Below, one piece after another: positions 1-17,290 of a DNA stretch of 64,000 bases; position 1 is the first letter of the stretch, and each line of letters begins with the position of its first letter. A model generated the notes under the pieces. It worked only from the letters and a program-made list of their open reading frames with translations, ran no database searches and was not told the origin of the DNA. The stretch lies in sequence record NC_054933.1; one strand, given 5' to 3'. A program made the position numbers and the translations under genes. Source of the DNA: Escherichia phage teqhad.

Positions 1-504
1 TTTTGCCACGGTGGAACTGTTTCAGCATCAGATTGTCCATTATATGCTTCTAGAATTGGAACAAGATATGGCGGAAGTTCATCAAATCCTGGATTACCTG
101 ATATGCGTGGTCTTTTTGTTCGCGGCTCTGGTCGTGGCTCTCACTTAACAAATCCAAATGTTAATGGTAATGACCAGTTTGGTAAGCCTAGATTAGGTGT
201 AGGTTGTACTGGTGGATATGTTGGTGAAGTACAGAAACAACAGATGTCTTATCATAAACATGCTGGCGGATTTGGTGAGCATGATGATTCTGGAGCATTC
301 GGTAATACCCGTAGATCAAATTTTGTTGGTACACGTAAAGGACTTGACTGGGATAACCGTTCATACTTCACCAATGACGGATATGAAATTGACCCGGCAT
401 CACAACGAAATTCCAAATATACATTAAATCGTCCTGAATTAATTGGAAATGAAACACGTCCATGGAACATTTCTTTAAACTACATAATTAAGGTAAAAGA
501 ATGA
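1..504 (+). CDS. 12: Short tail fiber protein gp12, C-terminal part (5' end outside window)
   Basis: Open frame from position 1 in frame with ORF 103..504; C-terminus ...[12 protein letters not shown] matches T4 gp12; stop overlaps wac start (ATGA). Confidence 0.9.
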   Translation, partial: FCHGGTVSASDCPLYASRIGTRYGGSSSNPGLPDMRGLFVRGSGRGSHLTNPNVNGNDQFGKPRLGVGCTGGYVGEVQKQQMSYHKHAGGFGEHDDSGAFGNTRRSNFVGTRKGLDWDNRSYFTNDGYEIDPASQRNSKYTLNRPELIGNETRPWNISLNYIIKVKE

Positions 505-1964
505 CAGATATTGTACTGAATGACTTACCATTCGTTGACGGCCCTCCTGCGGAGGGCCAGAGCCGCATTTCCTGGATTAAAAACGGCGAAGAAATATTAG
601 GAGCTGACACACAGTATGGAAGCGAAGGTTCAATGAATAGACCTACAGTTTCTGTACTAAGAAATGTTGAAGTTCTTGATAAAAACATTGGAATACTTAA
701 AACATCTTTAGAAACCGCAAATAGTGATATTAAAACCATCCAGGGCATCTTAGATGTATCTGGTGATATTGAAGCTTTAGCGCAAATAAGTATCAATAAA
801 AAGGATATTTCTGACCTTAAAACGCTAACCAGTGAACATACAGAAATATTAAATGGAACTAATAGTACAGTTGACAACATTCTTGCTGATATTGGTCCAT
901 TTAACTCCGAGGCCAACTCTGTATACAGAACGATCAGAAATGATTTACTGTGGATAAAGCGTGAACTTGGACAATACACTGGTCAAGATATTAATGGTCT
1001 TCCTGTTGTAGGAAATCCTAGTAGTGGAATGAAGCATCGCATTATTAATAATACTGATGTCATTACTTCACAGGGAATACGTTTAAGTGAATTAGAAACA
1101 AAATTTATTGAATCTGATGTAGGTTCTTTGACCATTGAAGTTGGTAATCTTCGCGAAGAGCTTGGACCGAAACCACCGTCTTTTTCACAAAACATTTACA
1201 GCCGCTTAAATGAAATTGACACTAAACAGACAACAGTTGAGTCTGACATTAGTGCTATTAAGACCTCAATAGGATATCCAGGAAATAATTCGATTATTAC
1301 GAGTGTTAATACAAACACTGATAATATTGCATCTATTAATTTAGAGCTAAATCAAAGTGGAGGTATTAAACAGCGTTTAACCGTTATTGAAACTTCTATT
1401 GGTTCAGATGATATTCCTTCGAGTATTAAAGGCCAAATCAAAGATAATACAACTTCAATCGAATCTTTAAATGGAATCGTCGGTGAAAACACTTCATCTG
1501 GTTTAAGAGCGAATGTTTCGTGGTTAAACCAAATTGTTGGAACTGATTCTAGCGGTGGACAACCTTCTCCTCCTGGGTCTCTTTTAAACCGAGTTTCTAC
1601 AATTGAAACTTCTGTTTCAGGCTTGAATAACGATGTTCAAAACCTACAAGTAGAGATTGGTAATAACAGCACAGGAATTAAAGGACAAGTTGTAGCGTTA
1701 AATACTTTAGTAAATGGAACTAATCCAAACGGTTCAACTGTTGAAGAACGCGGATTAACCAATTCAATAAAAGCTAACGAAACTAACATTGCATCAGTTA
1801 CACAAGAAGTGAATACAGCTAAAGGCAATATATCTTCTTTACAAGACGATGTTCAAGCTCTCCAAGAAGCCGGTTATATTCCTGAAGCTCCAAAAGATGG
1901 CCAAGCTTACGTTCGTAAAGACGGCGAATGGGTATTGCTTTCTACCTTTTTATCACCAGCATAA
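501..1964 (+). CDS. wac: Fibritin (whisker / neck antigen)
   Basis: 487 aa; coiled-coil heptad-rich body; C-terminal foldon [27 protein letters not shown] is the T4 fibritin trimerisation domain. Confidence 0.96.
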   Translation: MTDIVLNDLPFVDGPPAEGQSRISWIKNGEEILGADTQYGSEGSMNRPTVSVLRNVEVLDKNIGILKTSLETANSDIKTIQGILDVSGDIEALAQISINKKDISDLKTLTSEHTEILNGTNSTVDNILADIGPFNSEANSVYRTIRNDLLWIKRELGQYTGQDINGLPVVGNPSSGMKHRIINNTDVITSQGIRLSELETKFIESDVGSLTIEVGNLREELGPKPPSFSQNIYSRLNEIDTKQTTVESDISAIKTSIGYPGNNSIITSVNTNTDNIASINLELNQSGGIKQRLTVIETSIGSDDIPSSIKGQIKDNTTSIESLNGIVGENTSSGLRANVSWLNQIVGTDSSGGQPSPPGSLLNRVSTIETSVSGLNNDVQNLQVEIGNNSTGIKGQVVALNTLVNGTNPNGSTVEERGLTNSIKANETNIASVTQEVNTAKGNISSLQDDVQALQEAGYIPEAPKDGQAYVRKDGEWVLLSTFLSPA

Positions 1965-1967
1965 CAT

Positions 1968-1983
1968 GGGGCCGCAAGGCCCC
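1968..1983 (+). terminator. GC-rich tetraloop hairpin (GGGGCC-GCAA-GGCCCC) after wac
   Basis: Perfect 6-bp GC stem with GNRA loop immediately 3' of the wac stop, followed by a T-rich tract. Confidence 0.5.
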
Positions 1984-1996
1984 AAAGGATTTTTAA

Positions 1997-3698
<1,702 letters not shown>

Positions 3699-3739
3699 TA
3701 AATATTATAAACTAATTAAAGCCCAGATTAGGAGAAATC

Positions 3740-6880
<3,141 letters not shown>

Positions 6881-6908
6881 TATTAAAGCATATTAAAGAG
6901 GATTAAAA

Positions 6909-8888
6909 ATGACTTTATTATCTCCGGGCATTGAGCTCAAAGAAACTACGGTTCAAAGCACCGTGGTTAATAACTCTACTGGTACAGCAGCTTTGGCCGG
7001 TAAATTCCAGTGGGGTCCTGCTTTTCAGATTAAACAGGTTACAAATGAAGTAGATTTAGTTAATACTTTTGGTCAACCAACCGCTGAAACTGCTGACTAT
7101 TTTATGTCTGCGATGAATTTCTTGCAGTACGGAAATGACTTACGAGTAGTTCGTGCTGTTGATAGAGATACCGCTAAAAACTCATCTCCGATTGCTGGTA
7201 ATATTGAATACACAATTTCTACCCCAGGTAGTAACTATGCAGTTGGAGATAAAATCACGGTCAAATATGTTTCAGATGATATTGAAACTGAAGGTAAAAT
7301 TACTGAAGTAGACGCAGATGGAAAAATTAAGAAAATTAATATTCCTACTGCAAAAATTATCGCTAAAGCGAAAGAAGTCGGTGAATATCCGGAATTAGGT
7401 TCTAACTGGACTGCGGAAATTTCTTCGTCTTCCTCTGGTTTAGCTGCAGTAATAACTCTTGGAAAAATTATTACTGATTCTGGTATTTTATTAGCTGAAA
7501 TTGAAAATGCTGAAGCTGCTATGACAGCGGTTGACTTTCAAGCAAATCTCAAAAAATACGGAATTCCAGGAGTAGTAGCTCTTTATCCAGGCGAATTAGG
7601 CGATAAAATTGAAATTGAAATCGTATCTAAAGCTGACTATGCAAAAGGAGCTTCTGCATTACTCCCAATTTATCCAGGTGGTGGTACTCGTGCATCTACT
7701 GCTAAAGCAGTGTTTGGATATGGACCACAAACTGATTCACAGTACGCTATTATAGTTCGTCGTAATGATGCTATTGTTCAAAGCGTTGTTCTTTCAACTA
7801 AGCGTGGTGAAAAAGATATTTACGATAGTAACATCTATATCGATGACTTTTTCACAAAAGGTGGTTCAGAATATATTTTTGCAACTGCACAAAACTGGCC
7901 AGAAGGCTTCTCTGGAATTTTAACTCTGTCTGGTGGATTATCATCAAATGCTGAAGTAACAGCAGGAGATTTGATGGAAGCTTGGGACTTCTTTGCTGAC
8001 CGTGAATCTGTTGATGTTCAATTGTTTATTGCTGGTTCTTGTGCCGGTGAATCTCTTGAAACAGCATCTACTGTCCAAAAACATGTTGTTTCAATTGGTG
8101 ATGCTCGTCAAGATTGCTTAGTATTGTGCTCACCTCCGCGTGAAACTGTAGTTGGAATTCCTGTAACTCGTGCAGTAGATAATTTAGTTAACTGGAGAAC
8201 TGCGGCAGGTTCATACACTGATAATAACTTTAATATCAGTTCAACCTATGCAGCAATCGATGGCAACTACAAATATCAGTATGACAAATATAATGATGTG
8301 AATCGTTGGGTTCCATTAGCAGCTGATATTGCTGGTTTATGCGCAAGAACTGATAACGTATCTCAGACTTGGATGTCTCCAGCTGGTTATAATCGTGGCC
8401 AGATTCTTAACGTTATTAAACTTGCTATTGAAACTCGCCAGGCTCAGCGCGACCGTTTATACCAAGAAGCTATCAACCCAGTAACTGGTACAGGTGGTGA
8501 TGGTTACGTATTGTATGGTGATAAAACAGCTACTTCTGTTCCTTCTCCATTTGATCGTATTAACGTTCGTCGTCTGTTTAATATGTTGAAAACGAATATC
8601 GGACGTAGTTCAAAATATCGTTTGTTCGAATTAAACAACGCGTTTACTCGTTCATCATTCCGCACAGAAACTGCCCAGTACTTACAGGGAATTAAAGCTC
8701 TCGGTGGAATTTATGAATATCGTGTAGTTTGCGATACAACAAATAACACTCCGTCAGTAATTGATAGAAATGAGTTTGTTGCAACATTCTACATCCAACC
8801 GGCTAGAAGCATTAACTACATTACCTTAAACTTCGTAGCAACTGCTACTGGTGCAGATTTCGATGAGTTAACTGGTCTTGCAGGTTAA
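6909..8888 (+). CDS. 18: Tail sheath protein gp18
   Basis: 659 aa, T4 gp18 length and position. Confidence 0.96.
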   Translation: MTLLSPGIELKETTVQSTVVNNSTGTAALAGKFQWGPAFQIKQVTNEVDLVNTFGQPTAETADYFMSAMNFLQYGNDLRVVRAVDRDTAKNSSPIAGNIEYTISTPGSNYAVGDKITVKYVSDDIETEGKITEVDADGKIKKINIPTAKIIAKAKEVGEYPELGSNWTAEISSSSSGLAAVITLGKIITDSGILLAEIENAEAAMTAVDFQANLKKYGIPGVVALYPGELGDKIEIEIVSKADYAKGASALLPIYPGGGTRASTAKAVFGYGPQTDSQYAIIVRRNDAIVQSVVLSTKRGEKDIYDSNIYIDDFFTKGGSEYIFATAQNWPEGFSGILTLSGGLSSNAEVTAGDLMEAWDFFADRESVDVQLFIAGSCAGESLETASTVQKHVVSIGDARQDCLVLCSPPRETVVGIPVTRAVDNLVNWRTAAGSYTDNNFNISSTYAAIDGNYKYQYDKYNDVNRWVPLAADIAGLCARTDNVSQTWMSPAGYNRGQILNVIKLAIETRQAQRDRLYQEAINPVTGTGGDGYVLYGDKTATSVPSPFDRINVRRLFNMLKTNIGRSSKYRLFELNNAFTRSSFRTETAQYLQGIKALGGIYEYRVVCDTTNNTPSVIDRNEFVATFYIQPARSINYITLNFVATATGADFDELTGLAG

Positions 8889-8904
8889 TACAGTGCATTC
8901 TAAA

Positions 8905-8922
8905 GGCCTGTTTCGGCAGGCC
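8905..8922 (+). terminator. Hairpin terminator after gene 18 (GGCCUG-UUCG-type)
   Basis: ggcctg tttcgg caggcc inverted repeat right after the gp18 stop. Confidence 0.5.
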
Positions 8923-8923
8923 A

Positions 8924-8931
8924 TATAAATA
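8924..8931 (+). promoter_or_regulatory. Late promoter TATAAATA (first of two upstream of gene 19)
   Basis: Exact TATAAATA in the 18-19 intergenic region. Confidence 0.5.
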
Positions 8932-8982
8932 CACTATATCCTTAATTCTTTAATTCTATATGCCCTAGGTTAAACATAGGGA

Positions 8983-8990
8983 TATAAATA
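8983..8990 (+). promoter_or_regulatory. Late promoter TATAAATA (proximal, gene 19)
   Basis: Exact TATAAATA about 15 nt upstream of the gene 19 ATG region with a GAGG ribosome-binding site. Confidence 0.55.
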
Positions 8991-9004
8991 CTACAGAGGC
9001 TAAT

Positions 9005-9496
9005 ATGTTTGTAGATGATGTAACACGAGCGTTTGAATCTGGTGATTTTGCTCGACCTAACTTATTCCAAGTAGAAATTTCTTATCTTGGACAAAATTTT
9101 ACGTTTCAATGTAAAGCCACTGCTTTACCAGCTGGTATTGTAGAAAAAATTCCAGTCGGATTTATGAACCGTAAAATTAACGTAGCAGGCGATCGTACAT
9201 TCGATGACTGGACTGTTACAGTAATGAACGATGAAGCTCATGATGCTCGCCAGAAGTTTGTTGATTGGCAAAGCATTGCTGCAGGACAAGGAAACGAAAT
9301 TACTGGTGGAAAACCTGCAGAGTATAAAAAGAGCGCTATCGTTCGTCAATATGCTCGTGACGCTAAAACAGTAACAAAAGAAATTGAAATTAAAGGTCTG
9401 TGGCCTACTAACGTGGGTGAACTTCAATTAGATTGGGATTCAAACAATGAAATCCAAACCTTTGAAGTAACTCTTGCTCTCGATTATTGGGAATAA
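9005..9496 (+). CDS. 19: Tail tube protein gp19
   Basis: 163 aa, T4 gp19 size and position. Confidence 0.95.
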   Translation: MFVDDVTRAFESGDFARPNLFQVEISYLGQNFTFQCKATALPAGIVEKIPVGFMNRKINVAGDRTFDDWTVTVMNDEAHDARQKFVDWQSIAAGQGNEITGGKPAEYKKSAIVRQYARDAKTVTKEIEIKGLWPTNVGELQLDWDSNNEIQTFEVTLALDYWE

Positions 9497-9528
9497 AATG
9501 AATGGGGAGAAATCCCCATCCTGCTTAA

Positions 9529-11153
<1,625 letters not shown>

Positions 11154-11154
<1 letters not shown>

Positions 11155-11393
11155 TGGAAGGTTTAATTGAAGCTATTAAATCAAACGACCTCGTAGCCGC
11201 TCGTAAATTATTTGCTGAAGCCATGGCTGCAAGAACGACTGATTTAATCAAAGAAGAAAAAATCGCTATCGCTCGTAATTTCTTAATCGAAGGTGAAGAA
11301 CCTGAAGACGAGGATGAAGATGATGACGAAGATAGTGATGATAAAGACGACAAAAAAGACAAAGACTCTGACGAAGACGAGGATGATGAATAA
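11154..11393 (+). CDS. 67: Prohead core protein gp67 (acidic C-terminus)
   Basis: 79 aa; D/E-rich tail; ATGA-coupled to gene 20 and gene 68. Confidence 0.85.
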
Positions 11394-11818
11394 TGCTTCT
11401 GATCCCTGAAACTCATGAATTAGTTCTCGAGAATGTCGAAGCACTTATTCCTGAAGCACAGGGTCGCTTTGACGAGTTGTCTTCTGCTTTAAATAAAGAC
11501 GATATAAATAAAATTATCGAGAATATGCTTGATGATGAAACTGATTTAGCGGTTGCATTAGCTTCTATTAATGAAAATATGCCGTTAAATGAATTTATCG
11601 TTAAACATGTTTCTGCCCGTGGTGAAATTACTCGCACTAAAGATCGCAAAACCCGCGAACGTAATGCATTTCAAACTACCGGGTTGTCTAAAGCAAAACG
11701 TAGACAAATTGCTCGTAAAGCTACCAAAACGAAGATTGCCAATCCAGCAGGTCAATCTCGTGCTCAGCGTAAGCGTAAAAAAGCTCTTAAACGCCGTAAA
11801 GCATTAGGATTAAGCTAA
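11393..11818 (+). CDS. 68: Prohead core scaffold protein gp68
   Basis: 141 aa, basic C-terminus; position between 67 and 21. Confidence 0.85.
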   Translation: MLLIPETHELVLENVEALIPEAQGRFDELSSALNKDDINKIIENMLDDETDLAVALASINENMPLNEFIVKHVSARGEITRTKDRKTRERNAFQTTGLSKAKRRQIARKATKTKIANPAGQSRAQRKRKKALKRRKALGLS

Positions 11819-12456
11819 TGAATGAACCCCAATTACTAATTGAAACTTGGGGTCAACCTGGCGAAATTATTGATGGCGTACCAATGCTTGAATCTCATGA
11901 TGGAAAAGACTTAGGCTTAAAACCTGGTTTATACATCGAAGGAATATTCATGCAAGCGGAAGTCGTCAATAGAAATAAACGTCTTTATCCAAAACGTATA
12001 TTAGAAAAAGCGGTAAAAGACTATATTAATGAGCAAGTTTTAACTAAACAAGCTCTCGGAGAATTAAATCATCCTCCACGCGCTAATGTTGACCCGATGC
12101 AAGCCGCTATCATTATAGAAGATATGTGGTGGAAAGGAAATGACGTATACGGACGAGCTCGTGTTATTGAAGGTGACCATGGTCCTGGAGATAAATTAGC
12201 AGCTAATATTCGTGCCGGATGGATTCCAGGAGTTTCTTCTCGTGGATTAGGTTCATTGACTGACACAAATAAAGGTTATCGTATCGTAAACGAAGGATTC
12301 AAATTAACTGTAGGTGTTGATGCAGTATGGGGTCCAAGTGCTCCAGATGCATGGGTAACTCCTAAGGAAATTACCGAATCACAGACGGCGGAAGCCGATA
12401 CAAGTGCCGATGACGCCTATATGGCTCTCGCAGAGGCCATGAAAAAAGCGTTATAA
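11818..12456 (+). CDS. 21: Prohead core protease gp21
   Basis: 212 aa, T4 gp21 length and position; ATGA-coupled to gene 68. Confidence 0.92.
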   Translation: MNEPQLLIETWGQPGEIIDGVPMLESHDGKDLGLKPGLYIEGIFMQAEVVNRNKRLYPKRILEKAVKDYINEQVLTKQALGELNHPPRANVDPMQAAIIIEDMWWKGNDVYGRARVIEGDHGPGDKLAANIRAGWIPGVSSRGLGSLTDTNKGYRIVNEGFKLTVGVDAVWGPSAPDAWVTPKEITESQTAEADTSADDAYMALAEAMKKAL

Positions 12457-12459
12457 ATA
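12452..12459 (+). promoter_or_regulatory. Late promoter TATAAATA upstream of gene 22
   Basis: Exact TATAAATA overlapping the gene 21 stop, 28 nt upstream of the gene 22 ATG. Confidence 0.6.
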
Positions 12460-12486
12460 TTATTATCTAAACAACAGGACTACAAA

Positions 12487-13296
12487 ATGCTTAAAGAACA
12501 ACTGATTGCCGAAGCGCAGAAAATTGATGCTTCCGTTGCTCTTGATAGTATTTTCGAATCAGTTAATATTTCTCCGGAAGCAAAAGAAACTTTCGGCACT
12601 GTATTCGAAGCTACCGTCAAGCAGCACGCCGTTAAATTAGCTGAATCTCATATCGCTAAAATTGCTGAAAAAGCAGAAGAAGAAGTAGAAAAAAATAAAG
12701 AAGAAGCAGAAGAAAAAGCTGAGAAGAAAATCGCTGAGCAAGCTTCTAAATTCCTTGACCATCTTGCAAAAGAATGGCTCACTGAAAATAAATTAGCAGT
12801 AGATAAAGGCATTAAAGCCGAACTGTTTGAATCCATGCTTGGTGGATTGAAAGAGCTCTTCGTTGAACACAACGTTGTTGTTCCAGAAGAATCAGTTGAT
12901 GTTGTAGCTGAAATGGAAGAAGAACTGCAAGAACATAAAGAAGAATCAGCTCGTCTGTTCGAAGAACTCAATAAGCGTGACGCATATATCAATTATGTGC
13001 AGCGTGAAGTGGCATTGAGCGAAAGTACTAAAGATCTGACTGAGTCTCAAAAAGAAAAAGTCTCTGCTCTGGTCGAAGGTATTGATTATTCAGATGCATT
13101 CTCAAGCAAATTGAGTGCCATCGTAGAAATGGTGAAGAAATCTAATAAAGATGAAAGCACTATTACTGAGAGTATAAATACTCCTGATACTGAAGCAGCC
13201 GGACTGAATTTCGTCACTGAAGCTGTAGAAGATAAATCTGCACAAGGTGCAGAAGATATTGTAAGTGTATATGCGAAAGTCGCATCTCGTTTCTAA
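12487..13296 (+). CDS. 22: Major prohead scaffolding core protein gp22
   Basis: 269 aa, highly charged, helical E/K-rich; T4 gp22 size and position. Confidence 0.92.
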   Translation: MLKEQLIAEAQKIDASVALDSIFESVNISPEAKETFGTVFEATVKQHAVKLAESHIAKIAEKAEEEVEKNKEEAEEKAEKKIAEQASKFLDHLAKEWLTENKLAVDKGIKAELFESMLGGLKELFVEHNVVVPEESVDVVAEMEEELQEHKEESARLFEELNKRDAYINYVQREVALSESTKDLTESQKEKVSALVEGIDYSDAFSSKLSAIVEMVKKSNKDESTITESINTPDTEAAGLNFVTEAVEDKSAQGAEDIVSVYAKVASRF

Positions 13297-13314
13297 TTTT
13301 AAAGGTTAACACAA

Positions 13315-14880
13315 ATGACTATCAAAACTAAAGCTGAACTTTTGAACAAATGGAAGCCATTACTGGAAGGTGAAGGTTTACCGGAAATTGCTAATAGCAA
13401 ACAAGCGATTATCGCTAAAATCTTTGAAAACCAGGAAAAAGATTTCCAGACAGCTCCGGAATATAAAGACGAAAAAATTGCTCAGGCGTTCGGTTCTTTC
13501 TTAACAGAAGCTGAAATCGGTGGTGACCACGGTTACAACGCTACTAACATCGCTGCTGGTCAGACTTCTGGCGCAGTAACTCAGATTGGCCCAGCTGTTA
13601 TGGGTATGGTACGTCGTGCTATTCCTAACCTGATTGCTTTCGATATTTGCGGTGTTCAGCCGATGAACAGCCCGACTGGCCAGGTATTCGCACTGCGCGC
13701 AGTATATGGTAAAGACCCAATCGCTTCCGGTGCTAAAGAAGCATTCCACCCAATGTATGGTCCAGATGCAATGTTCTCTGGTCAGGGTGCTGCTAAGAAA
13801 TTCCCAGCTCTGGCTGCTAGTACTGAAACTGTTGTAGGTGATATCTATACTCACTTCTTCCAGGAAACCGGTACTGTATATCTGCAAGCTTCAGCTGTTG
13901 TGACAATTGATTCTAGTGCAAATGATGCAGCTAAATTAGATGCTGAAATTAAGAAACAAATGGAAGCAGGTGTACTGGTAGAAATCGCTGAAGGTATGGC
14001 TACTTCTATCGCTGAACTTCAGGAAGGTTTCAACGGTTCTACCGATAACCCATGGAATGAAATGGGCTTCCGTATCGATAAACAAGTTATCGAAGCTAAA
14101 TCTCGTCAGCTGAAAGCTGCTTACTCTATCGAATTAGCACAAGACCTCCGCGCTGTTCACGGTATGGATGCTGATGCTGAACTGTCTGGTATTCTGGCTA
14201 CCGAAATCATGCTGGAAATCAACCGTGAAGTTGTTGATTGGATTAACTACTCAGCTCAGGTTGGTAAATCTGGTATGACCCTGACTCCGGGTTCTAAAGC
14301 TGGTGTGTTTGACTTCCAGGATCCAATTGATATTCGTGGTGCTCGCTGGGCGGGTGAATCCTTTAAAGCTCTGTTGTTCCAGATTGACAAAGAAGCAGTT
14401 GAAATTGCTCGTCAGACCGGTCGTGGTGAAGGTAACTTCATTATCGCTTCCCGTAACGTAGTTAACGTTCTGGCTTCAGTTGATACTGGCATTTCTTATG
14501 CTGCACAGGGTCTGGCTACCGGCTTTAACACTGATACTACCAAGTCAGTATTTGCTGGTGTTCTGGGTGGTAAATACCGTGTATATATCGACCAGTATGC
14601 TAAACAGGATTATTTCACTGTAGGTTATAAAGGTCCGAACGAAATGGATGCTGGTATTTACTACGCTCCATATGTAGCTCTGACTCCGCTGCGTGGTTCC
14701 GATCCGAAGAACTTCCAACCAGTAATGGGATTCAAAACTCGTTACGGTATCGGTATCAACCCATTTGCAGAATCCGCTGCTCAGGCTCCGGCTTCTCGCA
14801 TCCAGAGCGGTATGCCTTCTATTCTGAATAGCCTTGGTAAAAACGCTTACTTCCGCCGTGTATATGTTAAAGGTATCTAA
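13315..14880 (+). CDS. 23: Major capsid protein gp23
   Basis: 521 aa; N-terminal propeptide; codon usage visibly shifted to CTG/CGT/GGT/CCG relative to neighbours (highly expressed). Confidence 0.97.
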   Translation: MTIKTKAELLNKWKPLLEGEGLPEIANSKQAIIAKIFENQEKDFQTAPEYKDEKIAQAFGSFLTEAEIGGDHGYNATNIAAGQTSGAVTQIGPAVMGMVRRAIPNLIAFDICGVQPMNSPTGQVFALRAVYGKDPIASGAKEAFHPMYGPDAMFSGQGAAKKFPALAASTETVVGDIYTHFFQETGTVYLQASAVVTIDSSANDAAKLDAEIKKQMEAGVLVEIAEGMATSIAELQEGFNGSTDNPWNEMGFRIDKQVIEAKSRQLKAAYSIELAQDLRAVHGMDADAELSGILATEIMLEINREVVDWINYSAQVGKSGMTLTPGSKAGVFDFQDPIDIRGARWAGESFKALLFQIDKEAVEIARQTGRGEGNFIIASRNVVNVLASVDTGISYAAQGLATGFNTDTTKSVFAGVLGGKYRVYIDQYAKQDYFTVGYKGPNEMDAGIYYAPYVALTPLRGSDPKNFQPVMGFKTRYGIGINPFAESAAQAPASRIQSGMPSILNSLGKNAYFRRVYVKGI

Positions 14881-14895
14881 TCTTTGACGATTTAA

Positions 14896-14911
14896 GGGAC
14901 CTTCGGGTCCC
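14896..14911 (+). terminator. Intrinsic terminator after gene 23 (GGGACC-UUCG-GGUCCC)
   Basis: Perfect 6-bp GC stem with UUCG tetraloop followed by T-rich run. Confidence 0.65.
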
Positions 14912-14928
14912 TTTAGTTGTTTTTATGG

Positions 14929-14936
14929 TATAAATA
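14929..14936 (+). promoter_or_regulatory. Late promoter TATAAATA upstream of gene 24
   Basis: Exact TATAAATA 28 nt upstream of the gene 24 ATG; AAGGAAAG ribosome-binding site. Confidence 0.6.
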
Positions 14937-14963
14937 AATCATATAAACCAAAAGGAAAGCGCA

Positions 14964-16247
14964 ATGGCTAAAATCAACGAACTTCTGCGCGAATCAACCA
15001 CAACGAATAGCAACTCAATCGGTCGCCCAAATCTCGTTGCTTTGACTCGCGCTACCACTAAATTAATATATTCTGACATTGTAGCAACGCAAAGAACTAA
15101 TCAACCTGTTGCTGCTTTTTATGGTATCAAATACCTTAACCCAGATAACGAATTTACATTTAAAACTGGTGCTACTTACGCTGGCGAAGCTGGATACGTA
15201 GACCGAGAACAAATCACAGAATTAACAGAAGAGTCTAAATTAACTCTCAATAAAGGCGATTTATTCAAATATAATAATATCGTTTATAAAGTATTAGAAA
15301 ATACACCATTTGCTGATATTGAAGAAAGTGATTTAGAATTAGCTCTTCAGATTGCAATTGTTCTTTTAAAGGTTCGTCTATTTTCTGATGCTGCAGTAAC
15401 AAGCAAATTTGAAAGCTCTGATAGTGAAATTGCGGATGCTAGATTCCAGATTAATAAATGGCAAACCGCAGTTAAATCTCGTAAACTTAAAACTGGCATT
15501 ACAGTTGAATTAGCACAAGATTTAGAAGCAAATGGATTCGATGCTCCTAATTTCTTGGAAGATTTGCTTGCAACCGAAATGGCAGATGAAATCAATAAAG
15601 ATATTCTGCAGTCTTTGATTACAGTGTCAAAACGCTATAAAGTTACAGGAATTACTGATACTGGATTCATTGATTTGAGTTATGCATCTGCACCTGAAGC
15701 CGGTCGTTCATTATACCGAATGGCGTGTGAAATGGTTTCACATATCCAGAAAGAATCAACTTATACAGCAACGTTCTGTGTTGCTTCAGCTCGTGCTGCT
15801 GCGATTCTTGCTGCATCAGGTTGGTTAAAACATAAACCAGAAGATGACAAATATCTTTCACAAAATGCCTATGGGTTCTTAGCTAATGGTTTACCGCTTT
15901 ATTGCGATACCAACAGCCCATTAGATTATGTAATCGTTGGCGTAGTAGAAAATATCGGTGAAAAAGAAATTGTTGGATCAATTTTCTATGCTCCGTATAC
16001 AGAAGGTCTTGACTTAGATGACCCTGAACATGTAGGTGCATTTAAAGTTGTAGTTGATCCAGAAAGTTTGCAGCCATCTATCGGTTTATTAGTTAGATAT
16101 GCTTTATCTGCAAATCCTTACACTGTAGCAAAAGATGAAAAAGAAGCAAGAGTAATTGACGGTGGAGACATGGATAAAATGGCGGGTCGTTCAGATTTGT
16201 CTGTTTTATTAGGTGTTAAGCTACCAAAAATTATCGTTGATGAATAA
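14964..16247 (+). CDS. 24: Capsid vertex protein gp24
   Basis: 427 aa; paralogous to gp23 (shared ELAQDL-type motifs visible); T4 gp24 size. Confidence 0.95.
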   Translation: MAKINELLRESTTTNSNSIGRPNLVALTRATTKLIYSDIVATQRTNQPVAAFYGIKYLNPDNEFTFKTGATYAGEAGYVDREQITELTEESKLTLNKGDLFKYNNIVYKVLENTPFADIEESDLELALQIAIVLLKVRLFSDAAVTSKFESSDSEIADARFQINKWQTAVKSRKLKTGITVELAQDLEANGFDAPNFLEDLLATEMADEINKDILQSLITVSKRYKVTGITDTGFIDLSYASAPEAGRSLYRMACEMVSHIQKESTYTATFCVASARAAAILAASGWLKHKPEDDKYLSQNAYGFLANGLPLYCDTNSPLDYVIVGVVENIGEKEIVGSIFYAPYTEGLDLDDPEHVGAFKVVVDPESLQPSIGLLVRYALSANPYTVAKDEKEARVIDGGDMDKMAGRSDLSVLLGVKLPKIIVDE

Positions 16248-16253
16248 AACAAA

Positions 16254-16269
16254 GGGACCGAAAGGTCCC
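16254..16269. terminator. Bidirectional hairpin terminator between convergent genes 24 and rnlB
   Basis: gggacc-gaaa-ggtccc flanked by A-run on one side and T-run on the other. Confidence 0.6.
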
Positions 16270-16276
16270 TTTTTAT

Positions 16277-17281
16277 TTAACTTACCAATTCAATCCAAGC
16301 CGGACGAAGTACATCTTGTACCATTTTAACTAATTCCTTCTTAATCAAAGAAGGATTATCCGCTTGAGCTAAAGTAATACCTTCACGAGAAGTTTCTTCC
16401 AAAATATCTTGAACAGTTAGTCCCATCACCTTTCCAAAATCCTTTGGACCAATTTCGCCAATTTTAGAAATAACGTTATTTACTCGATTCAGTGTAACGT
16501 AACAAGCTAAAATTCCAACCAATTTGTTATCAGCTTCTGACAGTTCAACTTTAGCTTTAATAGGCTTATCAGACTTTTTCTTTTCACTAAATTTAGAGTT
16601 CTTGCATTTGATGGCTACACGATTGCGATTAGGCAGCCAAGAAGGATAACAAGGTTTCAATACATATCCTTCAGCAGTAAATACTTCGCCTTTTGCTTCA
16701 GCATTCCAAACGCATTTATTTGCATCAACTAATCCAGCATGGTCTACTGTAAAATTATAATCTTGGACGACAGAATCTAAATCATTTGGCAATTTAATAA
16801 GTTCTTCAAATTTACCGCGACCTAAAAGTGGAGCCATTTTAAATTTAAATGTATTACAAAATGATTCCATCATATAATCATCGACATAAGTTACATCACC
16901 ACTTTCGGTAGTAACAATAATGTCAAATACATAAAAATCTTTATCACCATAATCGACATTCTTCTGAATGCCAGGTCCAGCGAATTCGCCAAAGACTTGA
17001 TAAGATACAACCGCTGAAGTTTCCATAATATCTTGTACTGCTTTAATAGAATCAGCGTAATTCTTCAAAATAATTTCATACCCAAAGAAATCTTCAGCAG
17101 GAAGAATAGGACCAGTGCGTTTAGCACAAGTTACTTTATCACGCTCAATAATCAACGAGAAATTTGTGCCATGAATCTTTTCACGAGCCACCCATTCGCC
17201 ACCAGTCAATCCCAAGCTATAAAGTTTTTCAATAAATTTAGAGTTGTAATGATTTTCAAGACTGCTATACTTTTTAAACAT
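16277..17281 (-). CDS. rnlB: RNA ligase 2 (Rnl2)
   Basis: 334 aa; nucleotidyltransferase lysine motif EKIHGTN near N-terminus; T4 gene 24.1 position. Confidence 0.92.
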   Translation of the reverse strand: MFKKYSSLENHYNSKFIEKLYSLGLTGGEWVAREKIHGTNFSLIIERDKVTCAKRTGPILPAEDFFGYEIILKNYADSIKAVQDIMETSAVVSYQVFGEFAGPGIQKNVDYGDKDFYVFDIIVTTESGDVTYVDDYMMESFCNTFKFKMAPLLGRGKFEELIKLPNDLDSVVQDYNFTVDHAGLVDANKCVWNAEAKGEVFTAEGYVLKPCYPSWLPNRNRVAIKCKNSKFSEKKKSDKPIKAKVELSEADNKLVGILACYVTLNRVNNVISKIGEIGPKDFGKVMGLTVQDILEETSREGITLAQADNPSLIKKELVKMVQDVLRPAWIELVS

Positions 17282-17290
17282 AATTAATCC

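Noticed and set aside
488-979. 163-aa minus-strand ORF antisense to wac
   Set aside because: Lies entirely within the strongly supported fibritin gene on the opposite strand; low-complexity translation; no ribosome-binding site. Same reasoning applies to other antisense track ORFs such as 983..1195, 9125..9427, 12648..12992, 13501..13887, 17930..18250, 19091..19444, 19374..19667, 55039..55518 and 59534..59776.
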